A DNA stretch of 63,879 nucleotides, the filler included, from Aduncisulcus paluster (lineage: Eukaryota): the NCBI GenBank assembly GCA_024181965.1. It is 35 parts of 35 records of this genome, joined end to end, with 100 filler letters (N's around TTAATTAATTAA, not from the genome) between each part and the next. Parts side by side here need not be neighbours in the genome. Positions count along the whole stretch, not along the records: positions 11,093 to 12,558 come from BQXS01010260.1; positions 12,659 to 14,129 come from BQXS01010261.1; positions 14,230 to 15,756 come from BQXS01010262.1; positions 15,857 to 17,222 come from BQXS01010263.1; positions 17,323 to 18,795 come from BQXS01010264.1; positions 18,896 to 20,005 come from BQXS01010265.1; positions 20,106 to 23,099 come from BQXS01010266.1; 28 more parts are not named here. One strand, 5' to 3'. The position numbers were made by a program, and so were the translations under genes. This document shows, in pieces, positions 11,093 through 23,199 of this stretch. Position 1 is the stretch's first letter. Every line of letters starts with the position of its first letter. Under the pieces are notes generated by a model. That model was not told the origin of the DNA. It did not search any database and saw only the letters and a program-made list of their open reading frames with translations.

Positions 11093-12483
11093 GTGCGAGA
11101 TTCAGGTTTCACGAGGGAATCATCAGGTCGATGACCACTTCTATGAGCAAACTCCTCTTCACGATGAATATCACGACGAAATCCCACGAGTTCCTCACAT
11201 TCTTCACGCATACCACGGTCTTTCAGTGTCTCTGCGTAAACACTCCAACGGTCTTCACCTACAAGCTTCCTTGTCAGGTCGGAAGACATATAATCGGTGC
11301 AAGACCACACGAAATGGTCATTCTTTCCACAGTAAACACACATAGGCGCCCGCACACCACGGCGAGACACATGACGACCACCACGACCACGATTTGCGGA
11401 GAAATCCAGGTCTAATTCATCACTTCCACTAACACTTTCACTGGAACGGCGTTTGTGTACGTCCACTGGAGATTTACGCACACCTACGATCGCTTTTCCG
11501 AGAGTTTTATGGAATTCAGCACGATCCACAAGGCCTAAGGCATAACGGCCAACACCCTTCACGTAATCTTCTTCCAAAACCACGGCTTTCGGATCTTCCA
11601 CACTACGTTCCTTCTTTCCATAATGGCGAAGATCGTCAAGGTCACGAGACACCTTTTCACTAAAGAATCTGGGCTTCAACCCACGCACAAATAAATCCAC
11701 AACCTCATGGATGCGACTACGATCCCATCCGGTCATCGGTCTCCTTTTGAGTAGCTGCAACCACTCAAAATTATACTTACGCATCTGATCAGGCGTAACG
11801 GCACCAAAATCGTCCTTAAACGAATCACAAGCACACACAATTTCGCTGGCCTCAGCCAATAAATTCTCGAAGGCATTCTCAGCCACGAACATCTTCAATA
11901 TATCACGAAGAGCCTGTTCTACATATTCATGGTCATCACGAGAAGCATCGAATGGCGTAGTAGCACTCATGTCAAGAACCATTAACACTTCACTTTGTAT
12001 TAATTTTCCTAAGCATGGCAGCTTCACAGAACGATCATTTTCCACGATTTCAAGACACTTATGGACGAAATCCACGATTTCAGTCGCTTCAACACTTTTA
12101 AGCTTCACGACAAAATCACCATGAGGACGACGACTCTTATCATCCATTAAGACGGTTAAACGAGATGTAGACACGTCATGTCCACGAGCAGAGGTTCCAG
12201 TAAGCGACAAATCGTCACGATCGAGCGTACTGTCCTTTAACACTAATAAACCATCTTTCTCAATGACACTCACGGAATCTTCAACGGTTTTATCACTTTC
12301 AACACTAGATTTAATCGTTGGAGACATAATTTCAGACTTATCACGAGTCACGGTCGAGGAAACACTATCACCAGATTTCCTCTTAGGGCTACCACGTTTT
12401 CCGATTATCACAACATCAGAATCACCCTTAGTATTAACACTCGAAGTGTTTTTCACGGTTTTCACGGTTTTAACTTTCGTCAT
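11093..12483 (-). mobile_element. gag: LTR retrotransposon Gag with CCHC zinc knuckle (3' partial)
   Basis: CVYCGKNDHFVWSC fits CX2CX4HX4C; LFVRGLKP is a Gag capsid-end motif. Confidence 0.8.
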
Positions 12484-12659
12484 TTATCGAAAGTTCACAA
12501 TTTTCACAGTTTCGGAATTAACACAATAAATTACCTGATAATAGTAATTTTGATCAAANNNNNNNNNNNNNNNNNNNNNNNNNNNNNNNNNNNNNNNNNN
12601 NNTTAATTAATTAANNNNNNNNNNNNNNNNNNNNNNNNNNNNNNNNNNNNNNNNNNNNG

Positions 12660-13955
12660 GCCATTGACGGATCAAATAGTGCATATGCCCATCGTGAACA
12701 ACTGCATTCTCAGCTTCACACTCTCAAGACTCAGGTCGAGAGAGAGCAACGAGCCATGGATGACGAATGGAGGGAGTTGGGCAGAGTATTGGAACGTGGA
12801 CATAAAATCAAGGAGAAAACGACCAAAACGACCGACGAAGAGGAACTAGGCGAGTTGCCTGACCCGCTTATAATTCAGGGTGCCATGTCCCTTGCTGAGT
12901 CTGGAGTCCGCTCTGGTTCCACGTCATCTCTGCACTCTGAGCTCACTGCAGACGACTTGGAAGGCGAAATGGATGTCGTGGAAGCTCTAAGTGTACTCTG
13001 TGAGTATCTTGGAATTGCAGAACCTCTCATTACCCACCCAGCCGAGGAGATCGCCGGAGAGTTTGTCAAGCGTGAGGACCAGAACTTTTCCCTGTATAAT
13101 CTTGCCAACGAGCTTCAGAACGAGGCCGAGTTACTCGAGGAGAGTATCACACGGCTTAAGCAAGATCTTGCCAAGGCCGAGGAGAAGAAACAAGCCGTGG
13201 ATGATGAAGTCAAGGAACAATGCCGTGTATTGGAAGAAACCAATGCCTCATTCAAGAAACAGAGCGAGAAATACAGTACAAATACGAAGAAACTGAACGA
13301 GGATCTGTCCAAGATTGCCGTTGAGATCGCCAGACTGTTTGTGCTGATGAAATGTGCTCCTCCGAGTTCCTTGGAGACAGAAGAAGCCGAGAAGGAGACC
13401 ACAGGCTCTGCCATTGATCTTGGTGATGGGTCCACGGGCATGTCTGCAGATGGTACAAGTGGAGGTGCTGGTACAAGTGCAAGTGCAGGTGCTGGCTCAG
13501 GTTCTGGTACAGGTGCCGGCTCAGGTGTGTCTCAATCTAGTGGAGAGATCGAATCCATTGCTGCGGGCATTACTGCTGATAACATCCTTGAGTATCTGTC
13601 CATCATTGAGAGCTCTGTAGTCACCGAACAGGCGAAGCTCAATAAGTTAGTTCAACAGGGCAAGATTACGAAACAACAGGTTGCCGTTCTCTTGAAACCA
13701 AAGGAACAGCTCGAGAGCCATGGTTTCTTGAATGGATCGACTCCCCTGACTCCTTCTGCCGCTGTCCTTGTCCAGTCCACCCTCAACCTCTCCCAGGTGC
13801 CTGCATCTCCTCTCACCCCGCGTGGCAGCATGCTCCACTCCCCTGTGTCGACTCCTCCAGGCAGTGCACGAGGCAGTATTGTTGTCGGGGAGGGTGTGTT
13901 AGAGGTCAACCCACCTTCAACCATGGACAAGGACACAGCAGCTCTCATTGAATAA
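12660..13955 (+). CDS. Outer dynein arm docking complex coiled-coil subunit, CCDC114/ODAD1 (ODA1/DC2)-like (5' partial)
   Basis: SNSAYAHRE…EWRELGRVLE, FVKREDQNFSLYNLANELQNEAELLEE and GITADNILEYLSIIE match the DC2 family. The frame is open from the contig start. Confidence 0.8.
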   Translation, partial: AIDGSNSAYAHREQLHSQLHTLKTQVEREQRAMDDEWRELGRVLERGHKIKEKTTKTTDEEELGELPDPLIIQGAMSLAESGVRSGSTSSLHSELTADDLEGEMDVVEALSVLCEYLGIAEPLITHPAEEIAGEFVKREDQNFSLYNLANELQNEAELLEESITRLKQDLAKAEEKKQAVDDEVKEQCRVLEETNASFKKQSEKYSTNTKKLNEDLSKIAVEIARLFVLMKCAPPSSLETEEAEKETTGSAIDLGDGSTGMSADGTSGGAGTSASAGAGSGSGTGAGSGVSQSSGEIESIAAGITADNILEYLSIIESSVVTEQAKLNKLVQQGKITKQQVAVLLKPKEQLESHGFLNGSTPLTPSAAVLVQSTLNLSQVPASPLTPRGSMLHSPVSTPPGSARGSIVVGEGVLEVNPPSTMDKDTAALIE

Positions 13956-14231
13956 ATGAGTCACAATCGTAGAATCCAAGCATGTCTGTGTCGTATGTGT
14001 GTTGTATGTGTGTGTGTGTTGAATGGCTGTGTGTGTTGAATGGCTGTGATGAGGGATGAAATGTGGAGATCGTGTTTGATTGAGCTGAGAGTGTGAATGA
14101 AGAGTGTGAGGGAAGAAATGAACTATAGCNNNNNNNNNNNNNNNNNNNNNNNNNNNNNNNNNNNNNNNNNNNNTTAATTAATTAANNNNNNNNNNNNNNN
14201 NNNNNNNNNNNNNNNNNNNNNNNNNNNNNCA

Positions 14232-15756
14232 AAGACTGTCGACAAATATAACCTGAAAAGACACAAACTCAAGAATCCACTCAGGATCCGCCGTGACAAA
14301 ACGACGGAAATTCATTCCACTGGTGTCAAGCTAGAATTAGCTCTAAAAAGCGTGTCGAAAGACTACGTTTTAAACTACAACACTGAAGCAATCGTCAGTG
14401 ACATAATAACGTCGCACGAATTAACCCTGGGAGGGACATTCGCCAAAGATACGGGTGTCGTCAACAAAGAGTTCCTGAGCGCTGACTTCGGCCTCGGGGA
14501 AGAACCAGACATCGTCGACATACCAGAGACAGCTTTGAGGGGCCGTAGGGTAATAACGGCTGCAAACAAACCCAATGGAGAATATAAACGGGTTATCATT
14601 CCTCAAAAGGAAGCTAACAAGCTGGTACTGGACCTAGTCCAGGAATATAAGCACCTGTTCAATCCCACACTACCAAAAGAAGGTTGTAAATTGGGGAAGT
14701 TCGGGATCGAACTAATTGACTTGGAAAAGATAACAACCGTCAGACCAAGACATTATTCACCATTCGTAACGGAAGAAATCGAGAAGCACGTGAAGGGCTT
14801 GCTGGAGGAAGGCCTAATCGTCGAGTCAGACTCTCCTTGGTCGGCTCCAGCCTTACTAACCGATAAAAAGGGCAACGACACACGACTGTGTGTGGATTAC
14901 TCTGCTCTCAACAGGAATACACTTCCGTTGCCTTTTCCAATCCCAATGATTGCAAAGATGCTGACTCGACTGGGAGGCAAAAAGTGGTATGGTATTCTAG
15001 ATCTCCGCTCGGGATTTCACCAAATTAATATAAAGGAGGATTCGACAAAATACACAGCATTCACAACACCATCTGGGCATTATGAGTACAGGAGACTTCC
15101 ATTCGGACTCAAGAATGCACCAACCCATTTCCAGGGCCAGATGTCCAGGGCATTCAGAGGTCTTATTCCAGAGGTCTGTGAGATCTATATTGACGACATC
15201 ATCATCGCCGCAAACAGCCTGGAACAATTGGTAGAGAAGTTACGACAAGTTTTCGACAGACTAAACAACCTCAATCTCCGCCTCAAGGCGAAGAAGTGTG
15301 TCATAGGTGCGAAGAAAATAGAATATCTGGGGATGGAACTAAGCGAAAAAGGACAGACTATTGCTGAGTCCAGACTTCAGGGAATCAGAGATTTAAAACA
15401 CCCCACAAACAAGAAACAATTGAAGACTTTACTGGGGTTCTTGGGATACTTTAGGCAGTTCATACGGAACTACGCCACAATCGCGTCACCGCTTATCGAG
15501 ATGACAGCAAAACAGAAGAGCTTCGTGTGGAAGGAACCACAGGAGGGAGCCTTCAAGAAACTCAAGGAATTACTCCTGAAAAGACCAGTACTAACTCACA
15601 TCGATTACGAAAAGGAGATCGTATTGAGAACTGATGCTTCAGACGTCGGCGCAGGAGGTGTTCTCCTCCAGCGATCAAAAGACGGAAAAGAGGAGCATAT
15701 ACTGTATATTAGCAAGGCCTTTCGTGGAGCACAATTAAATTGGCCCACAATTGAAA
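14232..15756 (+). mobile_element. pol: Ty3/Gypsy pol fragment (RT + RNase H)
   Basis: RLCVDYSALN, LDLRSGFHQ, LPFGLKNAP, YIDD, and RNase H LRTDASDVGAGGVL. Confidence 0.95.
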
Positions 15757-15856
15757 NNNNNNNNNNNNNNNNNNNNNNNNNNNNNNNNNNNNNNNNNNNN
15801 TTAATTAATTAANNNNNNNNNNNNNNNNNNNNNNNNNNNNNNNNNNNNNNNNNNNN

Positions 15857-16921
15857 CACCGTTATCAGGAATCTTTGAGGAATTTCAATCGAGATTACAG
15901 TCGTCGACGTGCCCAATTGAAAGGAGAGGAGATGTTGGCGATGAATTCTGGAGTTCGTGAATTATGCTCTCATGTAAGCACTGTCGTTGGAGATATCGAA
16001 AGAAAACGAAGACAAAAGGAAGAGAAAGAGAGAAAGAAGAAAGAAAGGGAAGAAAGGAAACGAACCCAGCAAATTGACAACATCAAGGACCTTGACGAGG
16101 AAGAAGATCTCGGTGATGATGATGGGACTCCGCTTTCTCCGAGTGGGAAACTTGGTGGACAACCGCTTACTCCACGTCAACAATCTGAGAAAGTCTGGCA
16201 AAGTGCTGAGAATGCGCAAAAAACATTTATTATTTCGCGCGCATTCTTCAAATTGAGAATCAATGCGTTGACTTCATCGTACCGCCGACATGTGATGTCA
16301 ATTGAAAGAGATGTTGCGTCTCTCGAAGATCAACTTTCAGACCTCACTTCATCACTTTCACTCACTCATTTCTCTTCCCTCCATAAGTTGGCCTTCATTC
16401 ATCGAAAGTTAGGGAGGGTGCAAGCCGAGACTGTCTCTCTTCGGGAGCAACTTCAGGAACATAAACGGGTCCAACATGCGCTTGCCACTCTCAGAGCCGG
16501 AAAACAACGCCGGATGAGCAGTCTTGTAAATGAACTCCAACGACTCCAACGGTGGGCCAAGGTTGATGCCGATGCGCTCCTTCGAGAAGTTGCCAATATT
16601 GAAACCCAAGTGGAGGAAATGGAGACTGTTCGAGATGAAATGGAACAAAGAGTCATTGAAGAGGAGAGTAGAGCCAAAGAAAAGCGAAAACAAATCCAAC
16701 AACAGGTGAAGAAAGTTAAAAAGATGAAATCTGATGCAATAGTGGCTGCCCAAAGACTTCGATCTGATGTAGATAGTAGAATGGAAAAGAAATTGAAGAC
16801 ACGAGTGTCCACAACAGCTTTGTCCATCCGTCCTGAAGTGTTTTCATCAATGGGACCACCCAGGATTCAAAGTAGTCTTGCAGACATGCAATTTATGAGA
16901 AACAAAGAGAAAACACTGTGA
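15857..16921 (+). CDS. Coiled-coil protein C-terminal part
   Basis: About 350 aa open from the contig start with heptad/charged composition. Confidence 0.65.
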   Translation, partial: HRYQESLRNFNRDYSRRRAQLKGEEMLAMNSGVRELCSHVSTVVGDIERKRRQKEEKERKKKEREERKRTQQIDNIKDLDEEEDLGDDDGTPLSPSGKLGGQPLTPRQQSEKVWQSAENAQKTFIISRAFFKLRINALTSSYRRHVMSIERDVASLEDQLSDLTSSLSLTHFSSLHKLAFIHRKLGRVQAETVSLREQLQEHKRVQHALATLRAGKQRRMSSLVNELQRLQRWAKVDADALLREVANIETQVEEMETVRDEMEQRVIEEESRAKEKRKQIQQQVKKVKKMKSDAIVAAQRLRSDVDSRMEKKLKTRVSTTALSIRPEVFSSMGPPRIQSSLADMQFMRNKEKTL

Positions 16922-17324
16922 TCCAATTGAAATGTTTCTATGCAAGGAAGTAGCCAATCAGATGCGGAAACTGCTCAAAATATCTTAAAGATAGAACTTT
17001 TCCTCCTTCCATTGGTAGTTAACAGGTAGGCTTTTTTTGGGGCAACTGACATGCCATGTCTACTATGATAGTATGATCTAAGGTAATTGGCTTTTTTTTT
17101 TAATTTATTATTACTTGGGGCGACTGATTTGATATCAAACTCAGCTCAGCATGGAGCACTTCAATTACCTCCGTGCTGAGCAGGTCACGATGCTCGGTCT
17201 CTCTCTGCCAGAGCCGTGCTCANNNNNNNNNNNNNNNNNNNNNNNNNNNNNNNNNNNNNNNNNNNNTTAATTAATTAANNNNNNNNNNNNNNNNNNNNNN
17301 NNNNNNNNNNNNNNNNNNNNNNAA

Positions 17325-18796
17325 AGGAAGGATCCTATTTTTCTTGAAGTTTCAGGAGATTTATGTCTTAAGCCCACGAAACATTATTATGTCCACTTTC
17401 CAGACATTTCTAATATCAAAGGAAGGGATGGAACAAAGAAGAAACGTGACTTTGCCTACAACCAGACAAGTGAAGCGCAGAAATTGATGAAGCATGAGCG
17501 AAATGTTGGGCACTTTACGAAGCTTTCTATCCCTTTCACCATATCCCTACCGATGAAAGGGGTGTTCATTCGTGTTCCATATGGTGCCCACACTCCTGCT
17601 CGTCTTGTCTTCACATTTTTCGACTCCAAGGGGAAGAAGACGATTATGGACTACGAGTTCTCTACGTGGAAAGAGAGAGGTTGGTTTATGCTCCCTGTTG
17701 ATCTTCCTAAAGTCATGAGATGTCATATTACAGGCTACAGTGTTGAACCTCATCGAGGAGAAGAATGGTTTGAAATCAAGGACCTTGTTTTTTTCCAAGA
17801 GGGGTTAATTACTGATATGAATGGGAATTGCACTGTTGATTCTATCGGTAGAGCCTTGACTGATTTGTTGTTGATGGCATCGATGGATGACGAGTTGAAG
17901 GATGAAATCGCTGAGGAATTAATGGAGCTTGAGAAGGAGGTTGAGGAGGAACTTGAGAAGAAACAGATCTGGGATGAAGTTGTATGTTATTGATGTTTCT
18001 CATGTATAATGTTTTTATATTTGCATTTCATTGATCTATATTTATATTTATATATTTATCATCCTTACAATACTATTTCTATTGTTCACAACATTATATC
18101 CATTCACAGAGAATCGTTACACCCGAATTCATCCATTATGGAAACTTTGGTTGCATTCCAATTCCACGTGATGCTCCAACTATTTTGTGTCCAGACATTC
18201 CAAACATTGATGGTTGGAATGGGACCAAACGGAAAGACGAGGGTAATTGTAAAATTACTGCACAGAATATTATCCTTGGAGAAGGTGTTGATCATGAATT
18301 GACCCAATTGTCCATTCCTTTCTCTTCATCCACTCCCGTTAAAGGTGCGTATGTCTGTTTGTCTGAGGCATCTTCTCCATCATATCTCTATCTCACTTTA
18401 TTCCACTCGGATGGTGGGAAGGTTACCTATATTAGATTCAAGTTCTCTGATGTTTCCACTGAGAGTTGGTATTTCCTTCCGATCGATCTTACAAACGTTA
18501 TTAAATGTGAAATCACTGGAAAATGGAAAAGAACTGAATCTTTTAAGATTTCATCCCTCACATTCATCCGACCTGAGACACCTGAAGAATGCTCCATTCG
18601 TGAATCAAAGGAAAAGACCTGGTCTGACGCTGTATGTTATATTAAATCTATTTTTGTTGTATTTTATATTTATATCTATGATAATTTCTTCCCTGAATTG
18701 TGTGATTAATTTATTGTTTATACCCCATTTGTATTCCATTTGTATTATCATAATAATCTAGCCAATAGTTAAGCCAGTGTTGAAATGTTCTGGAGN
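17325..18796 (+). CDS. Multi-exon gene of the expanded repeat-domain family; introns 17982-18109 and 18632-18761
   Basis: Domain motif LSIPF…KG.(Y/F).…WYFLPIDL…CEITG occurs twice. Removing the GTATGT…CAG/TAG introns gives in-frame joins WDEV|RIVTPEF and WSDA|PIVKP. Confidence 0.85.
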
Positions 18797-18943
18797 NNNN
18801 NNNNNNNNNNNNNNNNNNNNNNNNNNNNNNNNNNNNNNNTTAATTAATTAANNNNNNNNNNNNNNNNNNNNNNNNNNNNNNNNNNNNNNNNNNNNACTGG
18901 AGTTACTGGCAGTACAAATATAATCTCGAGTTTTACCACAAGT

Positions 18944-20005
18944 ATGAGTATTTTGACTGGTATTCCACAACAGTTAAGACGGTATCTTATTCCCATCGAA
19001 TTGGATAAAGTTGAATCTTCTTTCTTCAGCGATTCATTGCGTTTTCCATGTATTTCTATGGAAGATATCAGAGAAAGTATTATTTCACCTTCAACAAAAG
19101 AACGAAAGGAAGAAGGAGAGGAAGAGGAAGAGAGAGGAAGAGGAAGAGAGAGGAAGAGGAAGAGAGAGGAAGAGGAAGAGAGAGGAGTTGTAATGGGTGA
19201 ATGTGAGGGTCATAACCATTCCTTTTCTGAGAATTTATCTGGTTATGAATCTTTTAATCATATATATGATACGACTTCAGAGCTTATTAATATCCTCAAA
19301 TTATGCTCCTTCCAATATCCCCTATCCTCTTTGATTCCCACTCCTAAAAATAGATCTGAGAAAGAAGAGAGAGAAGAATCTGTGATCCCCAGCTGTGAAG
19401 TTCAGTTTGATCGCATTAAGTTGTTTTTCTCAAAAAGGACAACCGTTAAGTGTGTATTATTGTGTATCAATGAATTTACAGGTCCTCAAAACCTTGAGAT
19501 TACTTTCAACTTATCTTCTTCCTCTTCTTCTTCTTCAAAAGGCTTTAATTATTCATTCAATGAGTGTGTTCCTTTCGACTGTGTTTCTCATGATTCTAAA
19601 TTTAGAACACCCGAGGAAGAAGAAGAAGCTGAAAAGAATGGAATGACTCATCCTATTTGTGGATGGTTTTATTTGCCCGTAGAAATTGAAGAGAAAGTCA
19701 TATCTTGTGAAATTGTTCAGAAACGAACCATTGGTCATTTTTCTCTACCCAAAATATCTGGATTGTTTATCGTACGATTCCCAAGTCATGAATTGAAAAG
19801 TCGAAGAAATGGCCATGAAAGAAGATTAGAAGAAGAGAAAGAGGAAGAGGAGAGAGAAGAAGAAGAAGAAGAGAAGAGAGAGGAAGATTTTGGTATTTTT
19901 GAATATTCTCCAGTTCTTGACAATCCTACCGATCAAGCAGAACATTCTGTTTCTAAATTTAGAAAAGAAGAAGAAGAAAAGAAGAAAAGAGAAGATTTTG
20001 ATCGC
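18944..20005 (+). CDS. Divergent member of the same family with Glu/Ser low-complexity insertions (3' partial)
   Basis: IKLFFS…VKCVLLCINEFTGPQNLEITF…GWFYLPVEI…VISCEI. Confidence 0.7.
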
Positions 20006-20257
20006 NNNNNNNNNNNNNNNNNNNNNNNNNNNNNNNNNNNNNNNNNNNNTTAATTAATTAANNNNNNNNNNNNNNNNNNNNNNNNNNNNNNNNNNNNNNN
20101 NNNNNCATCCATGTTGGCTGCGTCGGCTTTGGGGTTCTAAGGGATGTGTCATCAAATGATCCATATGATCAACAATCTCAGCATCTTGTATCGCTTGAGA
20201 AGCCCTTTCTAAATCCAATGATGCTCTAAATGACATCGATTTGCTGTACAAACCACC

Positions 20258-20367
20258 AATAAACTTTATTGCCGACCAATTTCAAAATTGCTGCGCAATT
20301 TCATTAATTCCCTAGCTATTTCGAAATTGGGGGTCAATTTCGAAATTGGTCGGCAATAAAGTTTATT
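20258..20367. repeat. 33-bp inverted repeat (32/33) with a 44-bp spacer
   Basis: AATAAACTTTATTGCCGACCAATTTCAAAATTG at 20258-20290 and its reverse complement at 20335-20367. Confidence 0.9.
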
Positions 20368-20823
20368 CCTAACTAATAAAGTTTATTACCCTTTTATTTC
20401 GAAATACCCCCCCTATTCGGAAATTCCCCTATTATCAAAAGGATTTCCTCGCTTGATTGTGGAAAGAAGCGAGGCTTTTGGAGCTGTTGAGCTGCCAGTA
20501 GTAAAGTAGCACAAGCATGTGGTACAAAACTGCGATTGCCGGCGGCAGTTGTCGTCTTGTTCTTCGTTTTTCTCAGATTAAATAAAAAAAAATCGATTTC
20601 AATACATTAAATAATATTATTTTAGATCTTTCAAGAATATGAAAGGGGCTAAATTCAATTTAATGAAGTTCATTGTTTCAAATAAAATCAAAATTTTCAA
20701 ATGCATTCAAAGTTTTTGCTGCAGAGCGTTATTATCCTGTCCTGATAAGGAATAAGTGTATCGTAAAACACATTTATAAATTGCACTTTATACATCCTTT
20801 TGTTTTTGTGTTCTTTCATTTAA

Positions 20824-22304
20824 TTGAATGAATGGGACAATGCTCAAAGTTTACCTACAAAAGTGATGATCCCAGAGTTAATTCATGCAGGCGATCCAAA
20901 ATGCTGCCCAATTCCCAGAGATTCTCCCAATAGGAATGATCCTGATTCTTCCAAAATCCGAGCAATCAATGCCACAGAAAAGTGTTCTCCTCTCTACTCC
21001 CAGAGTTCCCAAGCGCAGGAAATGATGAAAAGTGAGACTACTATTGGAAAATACACATATATTTCGATTCCTTTCTCTCGCTTTTGTTCTTGCTTTGGAG
21101 CGTATATTTGTTTACATGCTTTTCCTCGAGCTAAATGGTCTTGTCCTCCATCATATCTTATATTCACTTTTACTTCTTACAAGAAGAAAAAAATAGCCCT
21201 GAAATACGAATTTTCTGACTTTAAGAATTGGAATTGGTTCTTCCTTCCGATTGATCCCCCTGATCCCGTCATTCGATGTGAAATNNNNNNNNNNNNNNNN
21301 NNNNGTGTTCTCCTCTCTACTCCCAGAGTTCCCAAGCGCAGGAAATGATGAAAAGTGAGACTACTATTGGAAAATACACATATATTTCGATTCCTTTCTC
21401 TCGCTTTTGTTCTTGCTTTGGAGCGTATATTTGTTTACATGCTTTTCCTCGAGCTAAATGGTCTTGTCCTCCATCATATCTTATATTCACTTTTACTTCT
21501 TACAAGAAGAAAAAAATAGCCCTGAAATACGAATTTTCTGACTTTAAGAATTGGAATTGGTTCTTCCTTCCGATTGATCCCCCTGATCCCGTCATTCGAT
21601 GTGAAATAACTGGAAAAGGAAGAGAGAAAGACCATTTTAGCATCTCTTCCCTTATTTTCTTTAGAGACGAAACAGATGATGAAACAATAGCTCGTCTTGG
21701 TAAACAGAAACTGTGGTCTGAATCTCCTGTTGTGAAACCTGAGTTTGTTAAGGAAGCAGATAAAGAAACTATTTGTAAAAAAGCTCTTCCACATGATCCA
21801 AGGCTTATCTTTCCTTCATTCTCAAGGGTTACATGCAAAAATGATTCGGTGAGTAAGGAATCTGATAAGTACGATATGAGTTCAAAAGCACAAAAAATGT
21901 TGAAAGGGGAAGATTTTGTTGAATTGTCCCATCTTTCCATCCCTTTTCCTTTGCGCAGTATCATGAAAGGTGCATATATCTGTGTGAATAGGAATTGCAG
22001 TTCACCATCTCTTCTCTTCACTTTCACCAGTTTTAATGGTAAGAAGACATCCAAGAAGTATGAATTCACGAGACCCAAGCATTTATATGAATGGTACTAC
22101 CTTCCTATTGATTTGCCCCACATTGTTTCGTGTGAGATTGAAGGGAAAGGAATATGGAACGCCGAGCATGAGTGTCGAAGATTCTATTTCTACCCAATTG
22201 CATTTGTTATGCCTGAAGTAGCCATTGCTGGTCCTGATCGGTTCTTTCTTTTGCCTTGGGAACATTCCAAAGATGAAGAAGAAAAAGATACAATCCATTT
22301 GTAA
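20824..22304 (+). CDS. Two-domain member of the expanded family; one gene split by a gap with an artefactual 303-bp overlap
   Basis: 20982-21284 is repeated exactly after the 20-N gap. Collapsing the overlap gives one ORF with two ISIPF/LSIPF…WxxLPID…CEIxG domains. Confidence 0.8.
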
Positions 22305-23199
22305 ACATATCTTGTTATATTCTTCTTGAAGAAATGTTTTGCAATTAAATTAATTGAATTAATATTATTAATGCCGTTATTAATACATGATGCATCATGT
22401 CATGATGTAATCCTTTGTATTTTATAATATCTTAAATCATTCTTGGAGACAACTTGTCTCAGACAAGAAATACTTTTTGTTTTCGTTTCCTCATTTATTT
22501 CTTCCCTTTACAAGAGGAAATTCTTGGCCATCCATCAATTATTGCAACTATCCAGGCAAGGACTCTTATTCGTGAGCTTGGAGGAGAATTTATTGAGACC
22601 CCCCCCACGGCCGACGGCATTTCCAAATCAGATTCTTCTCCTTCTTCTCCTGCATATAAAATTCCACACATATGTACAGTTTCTCCAATTCGAATAATCA
22701 AAACAAAGCCATCAGTCGAAAACAAGAATGCCGGAAATGAGATATATCATAAATCTATAATAGAACAACAAATTGTGGAAAAGAAATTTAAAGAATGGCG
22801 TAAAGACTTGGGGAAAACTGAAGAAGCAATTGAAAGATTATTTTTCGTAAAATTGCAATAAAAAACTCAAGGCGAAGATCAGCAGAGCTAATCGAAGAAA
22901 TTCAAAGGAAATATAAGGAATAAATAGTTTTTCGGTAATTGTGATTCAGGATGAGGTCAAACAACAGCATAAACAACCAAAACAACACCAGAAAAACAAC
23001 CTGGGACAAGACAATGGATATTCGTCAGGGAGTGGATGATATTCACGGATTATAACAACAGCTTGGAGTCATGAAGGAAGAATTTTATAATTCAAATAGN
23101 NNNNNNNNNNNNNNNNNNNNNNNNNNNNNNNNNNNNNNNNNNNTTAATTAATTAANNNNNNNNNNNNNNNNNNNNNNNNNNNNNNNNNNNNNNNNNNNN

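Noticed and set aside
16935-17060. U4 snRNA-like words (GTAGCCAAT, AACTTTTCC, T-rich Sm-like site)
   Set aside because: No K-turn GA pairs or U6-pairing stem I are evident and it lies in a probable 3' UTR. An Infernal scan would settle it.
20982-21607. Tandem 303-bp duplication (likewise 41375-41928 and 53028-53539)
   Set aside because: Exact copies flanking 20-N gaps are unmerged scaffold overlaps.
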